From Eledone cirrhosa (Eukaryota): a DNA stretch of 64,000 nucleotides. This document shows, piece by piece, positions 13,136 to 27,322 of the stretch. Location of the stretch: the NCBI GenBank assembly GCA_964016885.1, contig OZ024752.1, forward strand, positions 39,432,001 through 39,496,000, given 5' to 3'. A model generated the notes under the pieces. It did no database searches and was not told the origin of the DNA. It worked only from the letters and a program-made list of their open reading frames with translations. Numbering within the stretch: position 1 is the stretch's first letter; each line of letters starts with the position of its first letter. A program made the position numbers and the translations under genes.

Positions 13136-13436
13136 TATTGAGCCCTCTGCCACTCATGTCGAATTTGTTTATCGTAAACTCGTGAGCCGATTTTCCGATA
13201 CTCGATTATTCTACTATAAATATATATATATATATATATATTGATGATGATGATGATGATGATATACCTATGAAAACTCTTATATCTGAAGTGTTAAGAG
13301 TAGAGATCACGTCACATGATCGATAAGGAAACACATTGTAATATGTAATAAAGTTTACAAAAAGTTACAATTCTTATTGTCTCTTTATATATATATATAT
13401 ATATATATTGATGATTATGATGATGATGATATATAC

Positions 13437-14398
13437 ATCATCATCATCATCATCAACGTTTAACGTCCGTGTTCTACGCTTGCATGGGTTTGGATGGGGG
13501 TTTTCCCACTTGAGGCAAGAGTGATTGTCATTGCTCGCATAGGACTGTCTGGCAGGTTTTCTACAGTTCGATGCCCTTCCTAACACCAACCACATTTACA
13601 GTGTGGGTCTGGGAGGTTTTTACCGTGTTGCCTACACGGCCACATTACAGCGTGGACTGTGTGTTTTTTTGTCGTGACACCTACACGATCTCATTTGTTT
13701 CGGCCTGGATGGTGTGGCACCAACATAACTTTACATAGAAGGGGGCGGTGTGGATGGGGTGGGGGTGGTGGGACGGGGGTGTATTTTGTTAGAGATGCCT
13801 ACTGACTGTAGTAGGTTTTTACTTTGTATTTAGGTAAGGCGGGTCTTCTCTATTACTGAGTACCGCCAAAGGTCTCGGTCCAGTGACATTGTCTTGGTGA
13901 GGTGTAAGTGTGTGAGGTCGGAGTTTATCAGCTCGTCCCAGGTTTTTCTGGGTCTGCCTATTCCGTGGCTACCGTCTATCTTTATTGCCCTGCTCTTTGT
14001 TATACAGCTATCGACTTTCATGCGCATCACGTGACCATACCAACGTAGCCTTCTCTCTAGTAAACAACATCTGATCCCTCTTATTTCTAATTTTTTCCTT
14101 AGTTCGTTTATACTTTGCCGTTCACGTGTATTACTATTACACATCCAGCGGAGCATGCAAGCTTCGTTTCTCTCTAGTCTGCGTATATCCTCTGCACACA
14201 ATGCCCAGGTCTCACTGCCATGCAACATTGCTGTTCGTATGCAGGCATCGTACAACCTGCCTTTCATTTTTAGGGAGAACCCTTTAGCGGCTAATAGTGG
14301 TATAAGCTCTCTGAACTTTTTCCACCCAGTTCCGACTCTAGCTACTGTACTTTCCGAGCACCCTCCCCCACTGCTGATTTTGTCACCCAGGTAACGGA
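13437..14398 (-). mobile_element. RTE LINE 3' end, family B
   Basis: ORF 13830-14267 LHGSETW...RRLRWYGHV...GRPRKTW; another copy at 36521-37168 (+). Confidence 0.9.
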
Positions 14399-15309
14399 TT
14401 ATATATATATATATTGATGATTATGATGATGATGATATATACATATAAATACATATATATATTGGCAGGTTCTTCATCCTCAGAGTATACTGATTAATGT
14501 TCAGAGCCATCCTTAGCATTCTTGTGTAGCACCCATCCACCATCTGAGTGAGTTTCTTGGTCAGTGTCCAAGTCTGAGACCCGTACAGCAGCACAGACTC
14601 CACTACAGCAACGAAGTGAGTTGACACTGCACTCAGTTCTTCTGTGGGAGCCCCTGCATGGACACACTGGAAGAGGAAGAATGAGGTTAACATATGTTGA
14701 GGTCCTAAAGTCAGACACTGGTCTCTTGGAGATGCAGGACATGGCAGCGATAATGAGGGACAGAGACCGCTGGAGAGCAAGTAAATATAGGTGGGACCTG
14801 AATTCAGTATATAAAGAGGTATTTTGTCCAGCTTTCTGCTAACTGCCATTCACCAAAATATCTAAAAAAAATCTTTAAAATTTTTTTTTATTTTTAATTT
14901 AAAAAAAAAAATTTTAATTAAAAAAAAAAATTTTTTCATTTAAAAAAATTTTTTTTTTTAATTAAAATTTTTTTTTTTTAATTAAAAAAATTTTTTTTTT
15001 AATTTTTGTATAAATTTTTTTTGTTTTTTTTAATTTAAAAAAAAAAACCCGCCCTAGATATTTTGGTGAATGGCAGTTAGCAGAAAGCTGGACAAAATAC
15101 CTCTTTATATACTGAATTCAGGTCCCACCTATATTTACTCACTCTTTTCTCTTTTTCAGGTTGATAATACAAGTGGTACCTGTAAAATTTACTATAGGTT
15201 GAAGGTTGGAAATGGTTCATAAAAATCATTTCGGGTTAGTGCTTCTCCATTCCCCTGGTTATATAGATTTGAGTGAAACCAGTAAAATGACAAAAGTATA
15301 TACACTTAC

Positions 15310-15408
15310 TACACTACTTTCTCTTTTCAATGACCATTTGAAAAATTCTGCAATACATTTTGCACAAAAATCACGAAGACTTGTATCTTTAGATTGGATT
15401 ATACCATC
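15310..15408 (-). CDS. PRKDC: DNA-PKcs exon 27 (DGII...LRDFCAKCIAEFFKWS...)
   Basis: AG/GTAAGT; resembles human LRDFCGRCIREFLKWS. Confidence 0.96.
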
Positions 15409-17166
15409 CTAAAAGAAAAAAACAACACAAATAAATGGTCTGCTAAGAAAACATTCATCCTTTCAAAAATACCCCACAAAAATCAAATCTTAACCCTTTA
15501 GCATTTAAACCGGCTGTATCTGGCCAGAACTCTCTCACATCTCTCTGTTCAAACTGGCTGTAACTGACCATTCATACCTCATTAAAGTATTGTTCTCAAA
15601 ATAAATAACATCAAAATCTCGTAGATTCGGTATTATGTGAGATAAAGCCTTTACTGTGAAAATTCAATAGTAAATATAGAATAATATAAATACTAAAGGG
15701 TTAACTCAAACACTTTAGGCTTTCTTTTGTTTGTTTTTCTTTTTTCTATTGTGTTTTTTTATACCCTTTTAAATTAACTAGCAGAAAAACCACCCTTCAG
15801 GTGGTTTTCTGCTAGCATGTGTAGTGTGCATATTGATATTATATGCAAGTTTATGTGCATGTAGATATGATACATGTGTAGTGTGCATATTGATGTTATA
15901 TGCAAGTTTATGTGCATGTAGATATGATACATCAAATAAAATCGTAATTGAAAATATACACAGAAATTGAATGAAGACTGCGTTACACTGTCTTATGTAG
16001 TCAGTAACATAATTCATGCTACATTAAAAAAAGATATTATATATAAACTGCATTAGGAGAAAATTAGTGGCGGAAATATATGAATGTTTATTTAAGCGAT
16101 CGCTAACTGGAAGTGTTGACATTTGAAAATTTTAAAGAAGTGAATCTTTAAATAAACAATAAAATATATTTAATCAACAGTTACGAAATTTAGTAGATAA
16201 ATTATGTAATATTCATTCATTTGGCAGTATCGGTAGAGGGTCGGACGCCATGTTTTCCAGCAAAGAGTTACAGCTCTCTATGGTCTGAGTTCAAATCCCG
16301 CCAAGGTTAACTTTGCCTTTCATCCTTACGGGGTCGATAAAATAAAGTACCAGTAATGTACTGGGATAATTGCTGGCTTTGTGCCAAAAGTAGAAACAAT
16401 TATTTATTCAAAGTAATCCGACTTATTTTACTAATGGGATAAAAAATTATAAACTGTACTCAGTTCCGCACTCCTGACTTTATTATAGTTTAGATTTGAA
16501 GAAGTTCATTTCGAAAAAAAACAAAAAAAAAAAACATATTCAGCATTCATCATCATTTCATTTTACATCCGCTTTTCCCTGCTTGCAAGGGTGGGACGGG
16601 AACTGATTCTGGCTTGATTTCTACAGCTGGATGCCCTTCCTAACACCAACCTCATTTACAGTGAGTGCTGGGTGCTTTTTTGCTGTGGCACCTCCATGAC
16701 CACTTTGCAGTGGAATGATAGAGACCGCAGTCCCTGTCATCTCATTTCTACAGCTGAGTAAACTGGAGCAACGTGAAATAAAGTGTCTTGCTCAACACAT
16801 CGCCCTGTTCTGAGAATTGAACTCACAACCTTTCGATTGCAAGGCCAATGCTCTAACCACTAAGCCATGTGCCTCCTTATTACGAACACATTTTCCAAAA
16901 TAAACAAAAATTAAAAAAACAAACAAACCATTATTTCATAGTAATAATAATAATTGTTTCTACTTTAGGCACAAGGCCAGCAATCTGAAAGGGAAGTCGA
17001 TTATATCGATCCCAGTGCCTTACTGGTGTTTTATTTTATCGACACCGTAAGGATGAAACGCAAAGTTAATATCAGCGGGATTTGAACTCAGACTGTAAAG
17101 GGCCATGTCTATATGCCGCAAAGCATATTGTCCGACACTTTACCGGTGTGGTTAATTCATCACCCG

Positions 17167-19573
17167 GTATGGAAGCAACAATTCACAATCTCTCTACCTA
17201 CACCTCCCGAAAGTATGGAAGCAATAATTCACAATCTCTCTACCTTCACTTCCTGAAAGTATGGAAGCAACAATTCACAATCTCTGTACCTTGACCTCCT
17301 GAAAGTATGGAAGCAACAATTCACAATCTCTCTATCCACACCTCCTGAAAGTATGGAAGCAACAATTCACAATCCCTGTACCTTGACCTCCTGAAAGTAT
17401 GGAAGCAACAATTCACAATCTCTGTACCTTGACCTCCTGAAAGTATGGAAGCAACAATTCACAATCCCTGTACCTTGACCTCCTGAAAGTATGGAAGCAA
17501 CAATTCACAATCTCTGTACCTTGACCTCCTGAAAGTATGGAAGCAACAATTCACAATCCCTGTACCTTGACCTCCTGAAAGTATGGAAGCAACAATTCAC
17601 AATCTCTCTACCTTGACCTCCCGAAAGTATGGAAGCAATAATTCACAATCTCTCTACCTACACCTCCTGAAAGTATGGAAGCAATAATTCACAATCTCTC
17701 TACCTTCACTTCCTGAAAGTATGGAAGCAACAATTCACAATCTCTGTACCTTGACCTCCTGAAAGTATGGAAGCAACAATTCACAATCTCTGTACCTTGA
17801 CCTCCTGAAAGTATGGAAGCAATAATTCACAATCTCTCTACCTACACCTCCTGAAAGTATGGAAGCAATAATTCACAATCTCTCTACCTTCATCTCCTGA
17901 AAGTATGGAAGCAACAATTCACAATCTCTCTACCCACACCTCCTGAAAGTATGGAAGCAATAATTCACAATCTCTCTACCTTCATCTCCTGAAAGTATGG
18001 AAGCAACAATTCACAATCTCTCTACCTACACCTCCTGAAAGTATGGAAGCAATAATTCACAATCTCTCTACCTTCATCTCCTGAAAGTATGGAAGCAACA
18101 ATTCACAATCTCTCTACCCACACCTCCTGAAAGTATGGAAGCAATAATTCACAATCTCTCTACCTACACCTCCTGAAAGTATGGAAGCAATAATTCACAA
18201 TCTCTCTACCTTCACTTCCTGAAAGTATGGAAGCAACAATTCAGAATCTCTCTACCTTGACCTCCTGAAAGTATGGAAGCAATAATCACAATCTCTCTAC
18301 CTTCACTTCCTGAAAGTATGGAAGCAACAATTCACAATCTCTCTACCTTCACTTCCTGAAAGTATGGAAGCAACAATTCACAATCCCTGTACCTTGACCT
18401 CCTGAAAGTATGGAAGCAACAATTCACAATCTCTCTACCTACACCTCCTGAAAGTATGGAAGCAACAATTCACAATCTCTCTACCTTCACTTCCTGAAAG
18501 TATGGAAGCAACAATTCAGAATCTCTCTACCTTGACCTGAAAGTATGGAAGCAATAATCACAATCTCTCTACCTTCACTTCCTGAAAGTATGGAAGCAAC
18601 AATTCACAATCTCTCTACCTTCACCTCCTGAAAGTATGGAAGCAACAATTCACAATCTCTCTACCTTCACCTCCCGAAAGTATGGAAGCAACAATTCACA
18701 ATCTCTCTACCTTCACTTCCTGAAAGTATGGAAGCAATAATTCACAATCTCTCTACCCACACCTCCTGAAAGTATGGAAGCAACAATTCACAATCTCTCT
18801 ACCTACACCTCCTGAAAGTATGGAAGCAATAATTCACAATCTCTCTACCTACACCTCCTGAAAGTATGGAAGCAACAATTCACAATCTCTCTACCTACAC
18901 CTCCTGAAAGTATGGAAGCAATAATTCACAATCTCTCTACCTTCACCTCCTGAAAGTATGGAAGCAATAATTCACAATCTCTCTACCTTCATCTCCTGAA
19001 AGTATGGAAGCAATAATTCACAATCTCTCTACCCACACCTCCTGAAAGTATGGAAGCAATAATTCACAATCTTTCTACCTTCACCTCCTGAAAGTATGGA
19101 AGCAATGATTCACAATCTCTCTACCTTCACTTCCTGAAAGTATGGAAGCAACAATTCACAATCTCTCTACCTTCACTTCCTGAAAGTATGGAAGCAACAA
19201 TTCACAATCTCTCTACCTACACCTCCTGAAAGTATGGAAGCAACAATTCACAATCCCTCTACCTTCACCTCCTGAAAGTATGGAAGCAACAATTCACAAT
19301 CTCTTTACCTTGACCTCCTGAAAGTATGGTAGCAATGATTCACAAACTCTCTACGTTTTCATCCTAAAAGTATGGAAGCAATGATTCACAATTTCTCTAC
19401 CTTTACTTCCTAAAAATATGGAAGCAATGATTCACAATTTCTCTACCTTTACTTTCTAAAAGTATGGAACAATGATTCACAATTTCTCTACCTTTACTTC
19501 CTAAAAGTATGGAAGCAATGATTCACAATTTCTATACGTTTTCATCCTAAAAGTATGGAAGCAATGATTCACA
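17167..19573. repeat. 46-bp minisatellite, about 52 units
   Basis: cctgaaagtatggaagcaacaattcacaatctctctaccttcacct. Confidence 0.96.
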
Positions 19574-19646
19574 AATATATTGGTTTGTATAAAAAAGACA
19601 AAAAACAAAAAACAAAAAACAAAAAAACAAAAAATTTAATTCTTAC

Positions 19647-19754
19647 ATAAATAGCATTCAAAAGGGACATGGATTCTGCATTTTCAAAGTTCTGGTTTCT
19701 GGTAAACCAATGGATAAGTTGAAACACTAGGGTTTCAAACAGCTGTTTGGGGAC
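19647..19754 (-). CDS. PRKDC: DNA-PKcs exon 26 (VPKQLFETLVFQLIHWFT...)
   Basis: AG/GT; resembles human LVMQLIHWFT. Confidence 0.96.
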
Positions 19755-20178
19755 CTAGAAAAAATTTATTATAAAATTAATTTTAAAGTATATTATTAAA
19801 CTAAAGCTGTTCAGGAACATAGAAAATTAATATAGAATTCATTTTTAAGTATATACAATGGTTGACTGAAAAGTTCTTAGGCAGACTATGAAGGAGTGAT
19901 GCTAGAGCTGTGAAATCTTGCATACATTTATTTCAATTCTTTTCATTAATAACTGCATTATTTCTTTCCAGGGACTATGTTGAAAAATAAACCCCATTTG
20001 GTCATTCCATGAGAGTATCTTAGTTAGCATATGAACTTTTCAGCCAATCCTTGTACAATTAGAAAATAAAAGTAAAAAAAAAAAAAATCAAATTGAGATA
20101 TGTTAAATGTCAATAGGAAAAGGTGAGTTAGAAAAGTTCAATATCTATGCCAGGTTATTGAAATTTTATTGATCATAC

Positions 20179-20363
20179 CTGATCTAAATCACATGCCAAC
20201 TGTAATAACACTGGAAAGATATTTTTATATATCATTTCAAATGAGGATCTCTTCTGTCCAAGAGAAAACAGTATAGCGGAGTGCAAGAATTCACAGGCAG
20301 CAATTTTGGTCTGACGATCACTTGATTTAGTAGCCAATTCAAGAATAGGAGGCAGGAAAGGAT
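20179..20363 (-). CDS. PRKDC: DNA-PKcs exon 25 (...[15 protein letters not shown]...[13 protein letters not shown])
   Basis: AG/GT; diagnostic match to human SDRQTKVAACELLHS and FPVLLRLACDVDQ. Confidence 0.97.
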
Positions 20364-21320
20364 CTGAAGAAAACAAACAAAAAATGAACATATCATTCTA
20401 CTCTGATAAGCTACATTGCTCATAAACAGCTTCCCAAAGACCCAAGAAATATTAAGGGGTCACTTATTAAGTAGCTTTCTTGACAGTTTTTGATTAATTT
20501 ATTTAAGATATTGTGAAACACATACTTAATTGTCATCACCGTTTTATGTCCATTCTTCTATGCGAGCATGGGTTAGACGGGTTGTCCTGTTGTGGGCAAT
20601 GCCAGGTTGGGTGACCTTGTCTTGCTCATATGGGAACTGATTTTGGCTTGATTTCTACAAGTGGATGCCCTTCCAAACACCAACCTCATTTACAGTGAGT
20701 GCTGGGTGCCTTTTTTACTGTGGCGTCTGCACAACCACTTTACAGTGTGGACTGGGTGCTTTTTTTGTTGTGACACCTCCACGACCACTTTGCAGTAGGA
20801 GGGGGTGACGGCACATTGTCTATATGCTTCAGCTCTGGCTTGTACCCGTGGGAAGTCAGGTCTTCTGTATTACTGCATAACACCAGAGGTGTCAGTCCTG
20901 TGACATCGCCTTTGAGAGGTGCAATTGGGCAAGGTCAGCTTCATCATCTCTACCATGAGGTTCAGTGATTTGAAATCAGCTCTCATCACTTCTGTCCAGG
21001 TCTACCTTGGCCTTCCTCTACTGCAGCTTCCTTCCACTGGGATTTCTTAGCACTTGTTGGGAAAATATTCCAGTACATACACTAGAGATATAGTATTCTT
21101 AGGGCACAGAATTATATCTCTATAAGACCCTCTTTACAAATTAAATACTTTAAAAACCCATTTACACACACACATACAAACAAGCAGGAGAACTACACAG
21201 TTGTCAGGCATCTTTTACAACAGAAAACTCATATTGAAAAGATAAATAATATCTAAAATTATCCCTATTCCATTTTTCCACAAGTTTATGAATATTTTAG
21301 GAAATTATCATTGAAAATAC

Positions 21321-21513
21321 CTAAATCAATCGATAGTTTAATGTCAATAAAAGGCAATTCAAATTGTAAATATTTTTTAGTGTCCCAGGCCACAGCATAC
21401 TTCAAGACATCTTGGTCAGAATTTGCTAATAAGTCTTTATTAAAACTGCCACCAATATTGCCAAGGTATTTTACAATTCTGTATTTTATTTTACTTAGTT
21501 TAGATTCAGGATC
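21321..21513 (-). CDS. PRKDC: DNA-PKcs exon 24 (DPESK...LGNIGG...AVAWD...)
   Basis: AG/GT; resembles human LGSLGGQINK and YVAWD. Confidence 0.95.
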
Positions 21514-21944
21514 CTGGACAAAAGAAAAGAAAAGAAATAAGGTGAATATAAACAAATAAATACTGATAAAACTAAAACAAGATATCCTTCTTGGTAAATA
21601 TAACTCTTTCATTATATATTTTTACTGTTTCATGCTAATTTAACCTTTCTAATCATCATCATCTATTGGTCTCAGCTGAAACGGACTAAACAATTGATCT
21701 ACACATGAGTCTGTCGTTCAATGTCGTTGCCAAGTCTTGGATTTCAATACCAGAATCTCTGGAGATGACATCGAGATAGGAGAGCTTGCACCCCCTGTTA
21801 TTAGTGACTGCTTGTGGTCAGCAAATCTTACTCTCCCTTTAGCCTTTCTAGCACAGACAGAATATATATATATTTTATCAGTATTTTCAGAAAGTGAATA
21901 ATTATAAGAAATATATTAATTTATAACATTGTCAGAAGGACAAA

Positions 21945-22329
21945 GAAATAGGTGATAATATCAACACATGGACAGCCATATATTTTGGGTATAGAAATAG
22001 GTGATAATATCAACACATGGACAGCCATATATTTTGGGTATAGAAATAGGTGATAATATCAACACATGGACAGCCATATATTTTGGGTATAGAAATAGGT
22101 GATAATATCAACACATGGACAGCCATATATTTTGGGTATAGAAATAGGTGATAATATCAACACATGGACAGCCATATATTTTGGGTATAGAAATAGGTGA
22201 TAATATCAACACATGGACAGCCATATATTTTGGGTATAGAAATAGGTGATAATATCAACACATGGACAGCCATATATTTTGGGTATAGAAATAGGTGATA
22301 ATATCAACACATGGACAGCCATATATTTT
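21945..22329. repeat. 49-bp perfect tandem repeat, about 8 units
   Basis: gaaataggtgataatatcaacacatggacagccatatattttgggtata. Confidence 0.95.
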
Positions 22330-22457
22330 GAGAGAGAGAGAGAGAGAGAGAGAGATAAAGAGAGACAGAGAGAGATATAGAGCAAGCGAGCGAGCAACTG
22401 CGACAGAGAGAGAAGAATTAAGGAAATAAAAAGTAATTTAGAAAATAGCAGACGTAC

Positions 22458-22513
22458 GAAGTTGTAGTGGGATATTTTTTTCCCTATATTAGTAAGGTCA
22501 ATATCACCAGAAC
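22458..22513 (-). CDS. PRKDC: DNA-PKcs exon 23 (GSGDIDLTNIGKKISHYNF)
   Basis: AG/GTACGT; needed to restore phase 1 to 0; poorly conserved loop. Confidence 0.7.
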
Positions 22514-22769
22514 CTAAAATATGAATGAGTCATAAAATAATAATGTAAAAACAATCAAAACAATCAAAATATTGTTACGAAGAAGTCTAAAATACAGGGG
22601 AACTCTGTTGACATTTTAGGTTGTATACTGAGGGATTAGGAAAACTGTTTGAAGTTAATGTCATTTGAATAAAGTAATTCGAATAAAGTAGTTTAAAACT
22701 GTAATTTGAATAAAGTAATTTGAATACTGTATGCCACTGTAAAAATGAAATATGCAGATGTTAACCTAC

Positions 22770-22926
22770 CTTTTTCAGATGTTCTAATGAATGGATCTAA
22801 ATAAGGCAAAACCTGGGGATATACTGTCTTCAAAACATCTTGGGATAAACTTTCAGTCCAGTATTCCAAAGTATTTATTGCAACATTGGCAAGAGGAATG
22901 TACGTCAGGCCAATAGAAAGAGACAA
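22770..22926 (-). CDS. PRKDC: DNA-PKcs exon 22 (LSLSIGLTYIPLA...LPYLDPFI...)
   Basis: AG/GT; resembles human LGLSYTPLAEVGLNALEEW. Confidence 0.95.
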
Positions 22927-23128
22927 CTGATAAGAAAAATATATACCATATATACTTGTGTAAAAGGTGATTTTTTTTTTAGACCATTTTTTAAGGTTAA
23001 ATTTATGGGGTTAGTTATTACATGGATACTACTTTTGAATCCCAAAAACTTCCAATCCAAGAGATGAGATATAGATAAAGCCAATACAAGAGAAATCTTG
23101 AAAGGAGGTTCTCTTGTCAGACATGGTC

Positions 23129-23171
<43 letters not shown>

Positions 23172-23404
23172 TTCGTTTAAAGTCCATCTTCCACGCTAGT
23201 ATGGGTTATGAGTTTACTGATGCCAAAATGGCAGCAACATTGCTTTTGCCAAAATCTGAAGATTGAGAGAACATCTCTGCTAAATGGAGAATGGTGATTC
23301 CTCCAGCATAAACAAAAGTAGTGCACCAGAACTTTAGAAAATAAAAATGTAAACTTCCTCCTTTCCCAAATCTTTACAAAACAATATTTGTTTTCTTCAT
23401 AATA

Positions 23405-23729
23405 CAGTAGAACCTCAGTTCACGAATGCCTCTCATCTAGAACAAATCAGTTCATGAACAATTTTTCCAAACATAAAATGTCTTGGTTGACAAACGGTAT
23501 CTCAAGTAACGAACATGCAAGCCAGCAACAATGGTTGACAACAAGCTGGGAGTATCGGTGGGAAAGCATCACTTGTTACTATGGTGATATCTATCTGTCT
23601 TTCACACACAGTCTCTCTCTCTCACTCTCAAAATTTCCCATGAGAGAATTAATAGTCTCGGTTTACAAACATTTTGGGTGACAAACAGCCTTCAGGAACG
23701 AATTAAGTTTGTGAACCAAGGTTCCACTG
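23405..23729. mobile_element. Tigger/pogo-type MITE
   Basis: TA-CAGTAGAACCTCAGTTCAC...GTGAACCAAGGTTCCACTG-TA. Confidence 0.75.
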
Positions 23730-23760
23730 TATTATCAAATAAAAAAAATGTAATAGTTAC

Positions 23761-23880
23761 CTGAACAGCTGGCAAAAGGTCACTAGTTTGATCTACAATA
23801 AGTTCTATAGGAAGAGACAATACTAGTGTAAGACATGCTGCAAGTAACTCCTCTTTATACTGTTTCAGTTGTACCAATAT
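23761..23880 (-). CDS. PRKDC: DNA-PKcs exon 21 (ILVQLKQYKEELLAACLTLVLSLP...)
   Basis: AG/GT; resembles human KQYKDELLASCLTFLLSLP. Confidence 0.96.
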
Positions 23881-25268
23881 CTAAAATTACAAAAACATTT
23901 GTGTTATCTAATTTGTATAATGATAGTGGTAAGAACTCTCTTCAGAGTTGGACAGCAAAAGGTCTTTAAAGAAGAACCTCTCCCCACTAAAGTGAGTGTT
24001 TCAGCTATTAACTTCTTACACTCTAAAGAGGCCAGGCCACATTCAGGTCATGGTTCCTGGGTGCCCTTCTGCTGATATTTAGCAATTTGGATATCTGTGA
24101 CTTGAAACCGGCCATATCCGGCCAGAATTCTTTCACCTCTTTCTGTTCAAACCAACTGTAACTGGCCACTAATATTAACATTAAGGTATTGTTCTCAAAA
24201 TCAATACTATCAATATCTCGTAGTTTCGATATTATGTGAGATAATTATGTAAGATAAAGCCTTTACCACAAAAATACAATAGTATATATAGAGTAATGTA
24301 AATGCTAAAGGGTTATATCATACTGAGATTTTGTTGATATGATCTAGCTGGAACTCCTCTCCATTGCTTCTGCTTTCAAATGTGATTTCAGTAGGACATC
24401 CAACCCTAAAACATTTTCTTTAGTAAAATAAAAATGTTCTTGCGTAAATAATACTAGGTTTTTCTCTTCACTTTTTCCACTAGCAGGAGGAAGAGAATCT
24501 AGCCCAGTATATTTTAATTTAGGAGCACTTATAGATGGTCTGATTTACATCACTCTAATAGCACAAGTATGGCTATGTGGTTAAAAAGTTTGCTTCATAA
24601 ATACATCGCTTTGAGTTTGACCCTTAGGCAAATGATTTCTACAATTAGCCTCAGGTTAACAAAAGCCTTGTGATTGAAATTTGGTAGATGAAAACTGTGT
24701 AGATACATGTCAGAGGGACAATCTGTTATAAACACCTTTTATGCAAACTTCTATTTTACATTATAAATATAACATATGTGATGCTTAGAAGAGTGATACA
24801 TCTCTATCTATCTAAGGCGGGTAAAATTCCCGAGATCCATGGACGAGCTCTCTCCAGCGGTCTCTGTCCCTCATTATCGCTGCCATATCCTGCATCTCCA
24901 ACAGACCAGTGTCTGTCCTTAGGGCATCAACATATGTTAACCTTGGTCTTCCTCTTCTAGTGTGTCCATGTAGGGGCTCCCAAAGGAGCACTGAGTGCAA
25001 TGTCAACTCTGGATGTCAGTGAGCATGTCCAGCTAACCTCAGTCTCCTCTGTGTCACTTTTGAGCTGACTTTTGGGATGCTCCCATACAGCTCTGAGTTT
25101 TTCATCCTCAGTGTATACTGATTAATGTTCAGAGCCATATATATTAATATGATACATATATATTAATATGATACATATATATTAAAAAATTTACAAAATT
25201 TAAGCTAGAGTAAAACACAGTTCTGTGAAATATATTCAATCTAAGTAGGATATAAGCCACTTCTGTAC

Positions 25269-25367
25269 CTCCTTACTAAATTTCTTCATGAGTATAAAAC
25301 AGGCAATCTTTTCTGCATTTGACTGGCTTGAATTCTCAGTAATTCTTAAACTGCCATTGGAAATTCC
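25269..25367 (-). CDS. PRKDC: DNA-PKcs exon 20 (...EKIACFILMKKFSKE)
   Basis: AG/GT; resembles human EKYSCFALFVKFGKE. Confidence 0.92.
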
Positions 25368-25717
25368 CTAAAAATTGGTAAACAGATATGTAAAATATAA
25401 AAATAAAAATAAAAACAATGGAAAAAATATAGTACTAGTAATGAACTGGGGTAGATTTTATCAAATTCCCCACCCACCAAGTTTGTTGGCCTTGTGCCTA
25501 AAGCAGAAACTGTTATTATTATTATTATTACTCATAGAGGCTGAGGTTAACTTTGCCTTTCATCCTTACGGGGGTCGATAAAATAAAGTACCAGTAATAC
25601 ACTGGGGTAATTGCTAGCCTTGTGCCAAAAGTAGAAACAATTATTATTATTATTACTTTTGTTATTACTATTGTTATTACTATTATTGTTATTACGATCA
25701 TTTAAAAAAAAAATTAT

Positions 25718-26400
25718 TAATTGTTTCTACTTTTGGCACAAGGCCAGCAGTTTTCCCAGTGTATTACTGGTACTTTATTTTATCAACCCTGTAATAATTG
25801 TTTCTACTTTTTGGCACAAGGCCAGCAATTTTCCCAGTGTATTACTGGTACTTTATTTTATCAACCCTGTAATAATTGTTTCTACTTTTTGGCACAAGGC
25901 CAGCAATTTTCCCAGTGTATTACTGGTACTTTATTTTATCAACCCTGTAATAATTGTTTCTACTTTTTGGCACAAGGCCAGCAATTTTCCCAGTGTATTA
26001 CTGGTACTTTATTTTATCAACCCTGTAATAATTGTTTCTACTTTTTGGCACAAGGCCAGCAATTTTCCCAGTGTATTACTGGTACTTTATTTTATCAACC
26101 CTGTAATAATTGTTTCTACTTTTGGCACAAGGCCAGCAATTTTCCCAGTGTATTACTGGTACTTTATTTTATCAACCCTGTAATAATTGTTTCTACTTTT
26201 GGCACAAGGCCAGCAATTTTCCCAGTGTATTACTGGTACTTTATTTTATCAACCCTGTAATAATTGTTTCTACTTTTGGCACAAGGCCAGCAATTTTCCC
26301 AGTGTATTACTGGTACTTTATTTTATCAACCCTGTAATAATTGTTTCTACTTTTGGCACAAGGCCAGCAATTATACCAGTACATTACTGGTACTTTATTT
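25718..26400. repeat. 77/78-bp tandem repeat of a SINE 3' half, about 9 units
   Basis: The last unit continues into a full minus-strand SINE. Confidence 0.92.
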
Positions 26401-27246
26401 TATCGAATCCCGTAAGGATGAAAGGCAAAGTTAACCGTGGCGGGATTTGAGCTCAGACCATAAAGGGCCGTAACTCTTTGCTGAGTCCAACCCTCTACCA
26501 ATACTGTCAAACCACTGCCCTTTTATTAATTAATATCATTAAAATAATTAGTATTAAAATTACTGTCATTATCATTGTAAAGTGGTTGTAAATATCTATT
26601 TTCCACACTAGCATGGGTTAGACGAGTTGTCCTGTTGTGAGACAAGTCAGATCAGGTGACCATGTATTGCTCATGCAGAACAGCTTTTGGCTTGGTTTCT
26701 ACAGCTGGATGCCCTTCCTAATGTCAACCACATTTACAGTGTGGACTGGGTGCTTTTTGTTGTATCACCAACACAACCACTTTACAGGGTGGACTGGGTG
26801 CTTTTTGTTATGTCACCAACATGACCACTTTACAGTGTGGACTGGGTGCTTTTTGTTGTATCACCAACGCAACCACTTTACAGAGTGGACCGGTTGTTTT
26901 TGTTATCTCACCAATGCAACCATTTTACAAGGTGGACTGGGTGTTTTTGTTATGTCACCAACACAATCACTTTACAGAGTGGACCGGGTGTTTTTTGTTA
27001 TGTCACTAAAACAACCGACCACCTTACAGTGTGGACAGGGTGCTTTTTGTTATGTCCCCAACACAACCGACCACCTTACATATATAGAAAGAGTTGGTGG
27101 GATAATGTAGTAAAGATAGATAAAAAGCAGAAGATAACAATGGTTAATGAAATTCTATAAATATCTACAACAGTATGGCCATGTTTGGAAGACATTCAAA
27201 TATAGCATAGATCTAAACAACAGTAGAAATATTTCTGAATTTATAC

Positions 27247-27322
27247 CTTAAAGTACTGCAGTTCTTTGGCTATTTTCATACTCTCAGTCAACAGTTTGTG
27301 AAAACCACTAACAAGAGGTGTG
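27247..27322 (-). CDS. PRKDC: DNA-PKcs exon 19 (TPLVSGFHKLL...QYFK)
   Basis: AG/GT; resembles human LPLISGFYKLL. Confidence 0.94.

Noticed and set aside
14780-15139. 85-bp inverted repeat around an A/T-homopolymer block as a novel element
   Set aside because: The middle looks like degraded read sequence ending in an RTE tail remnant (cccgccctagata), and the left arm mirrors the downstream flank; likely a fold-back read or assembly artefact, to be checked with raw reads
17167-19573. CRISPR-like appearance of the 46-bp array (also the 61- and 48-bp arrays)
   Set aside because: No unique spacers, no cas genes, and a eukaryotic intronic context
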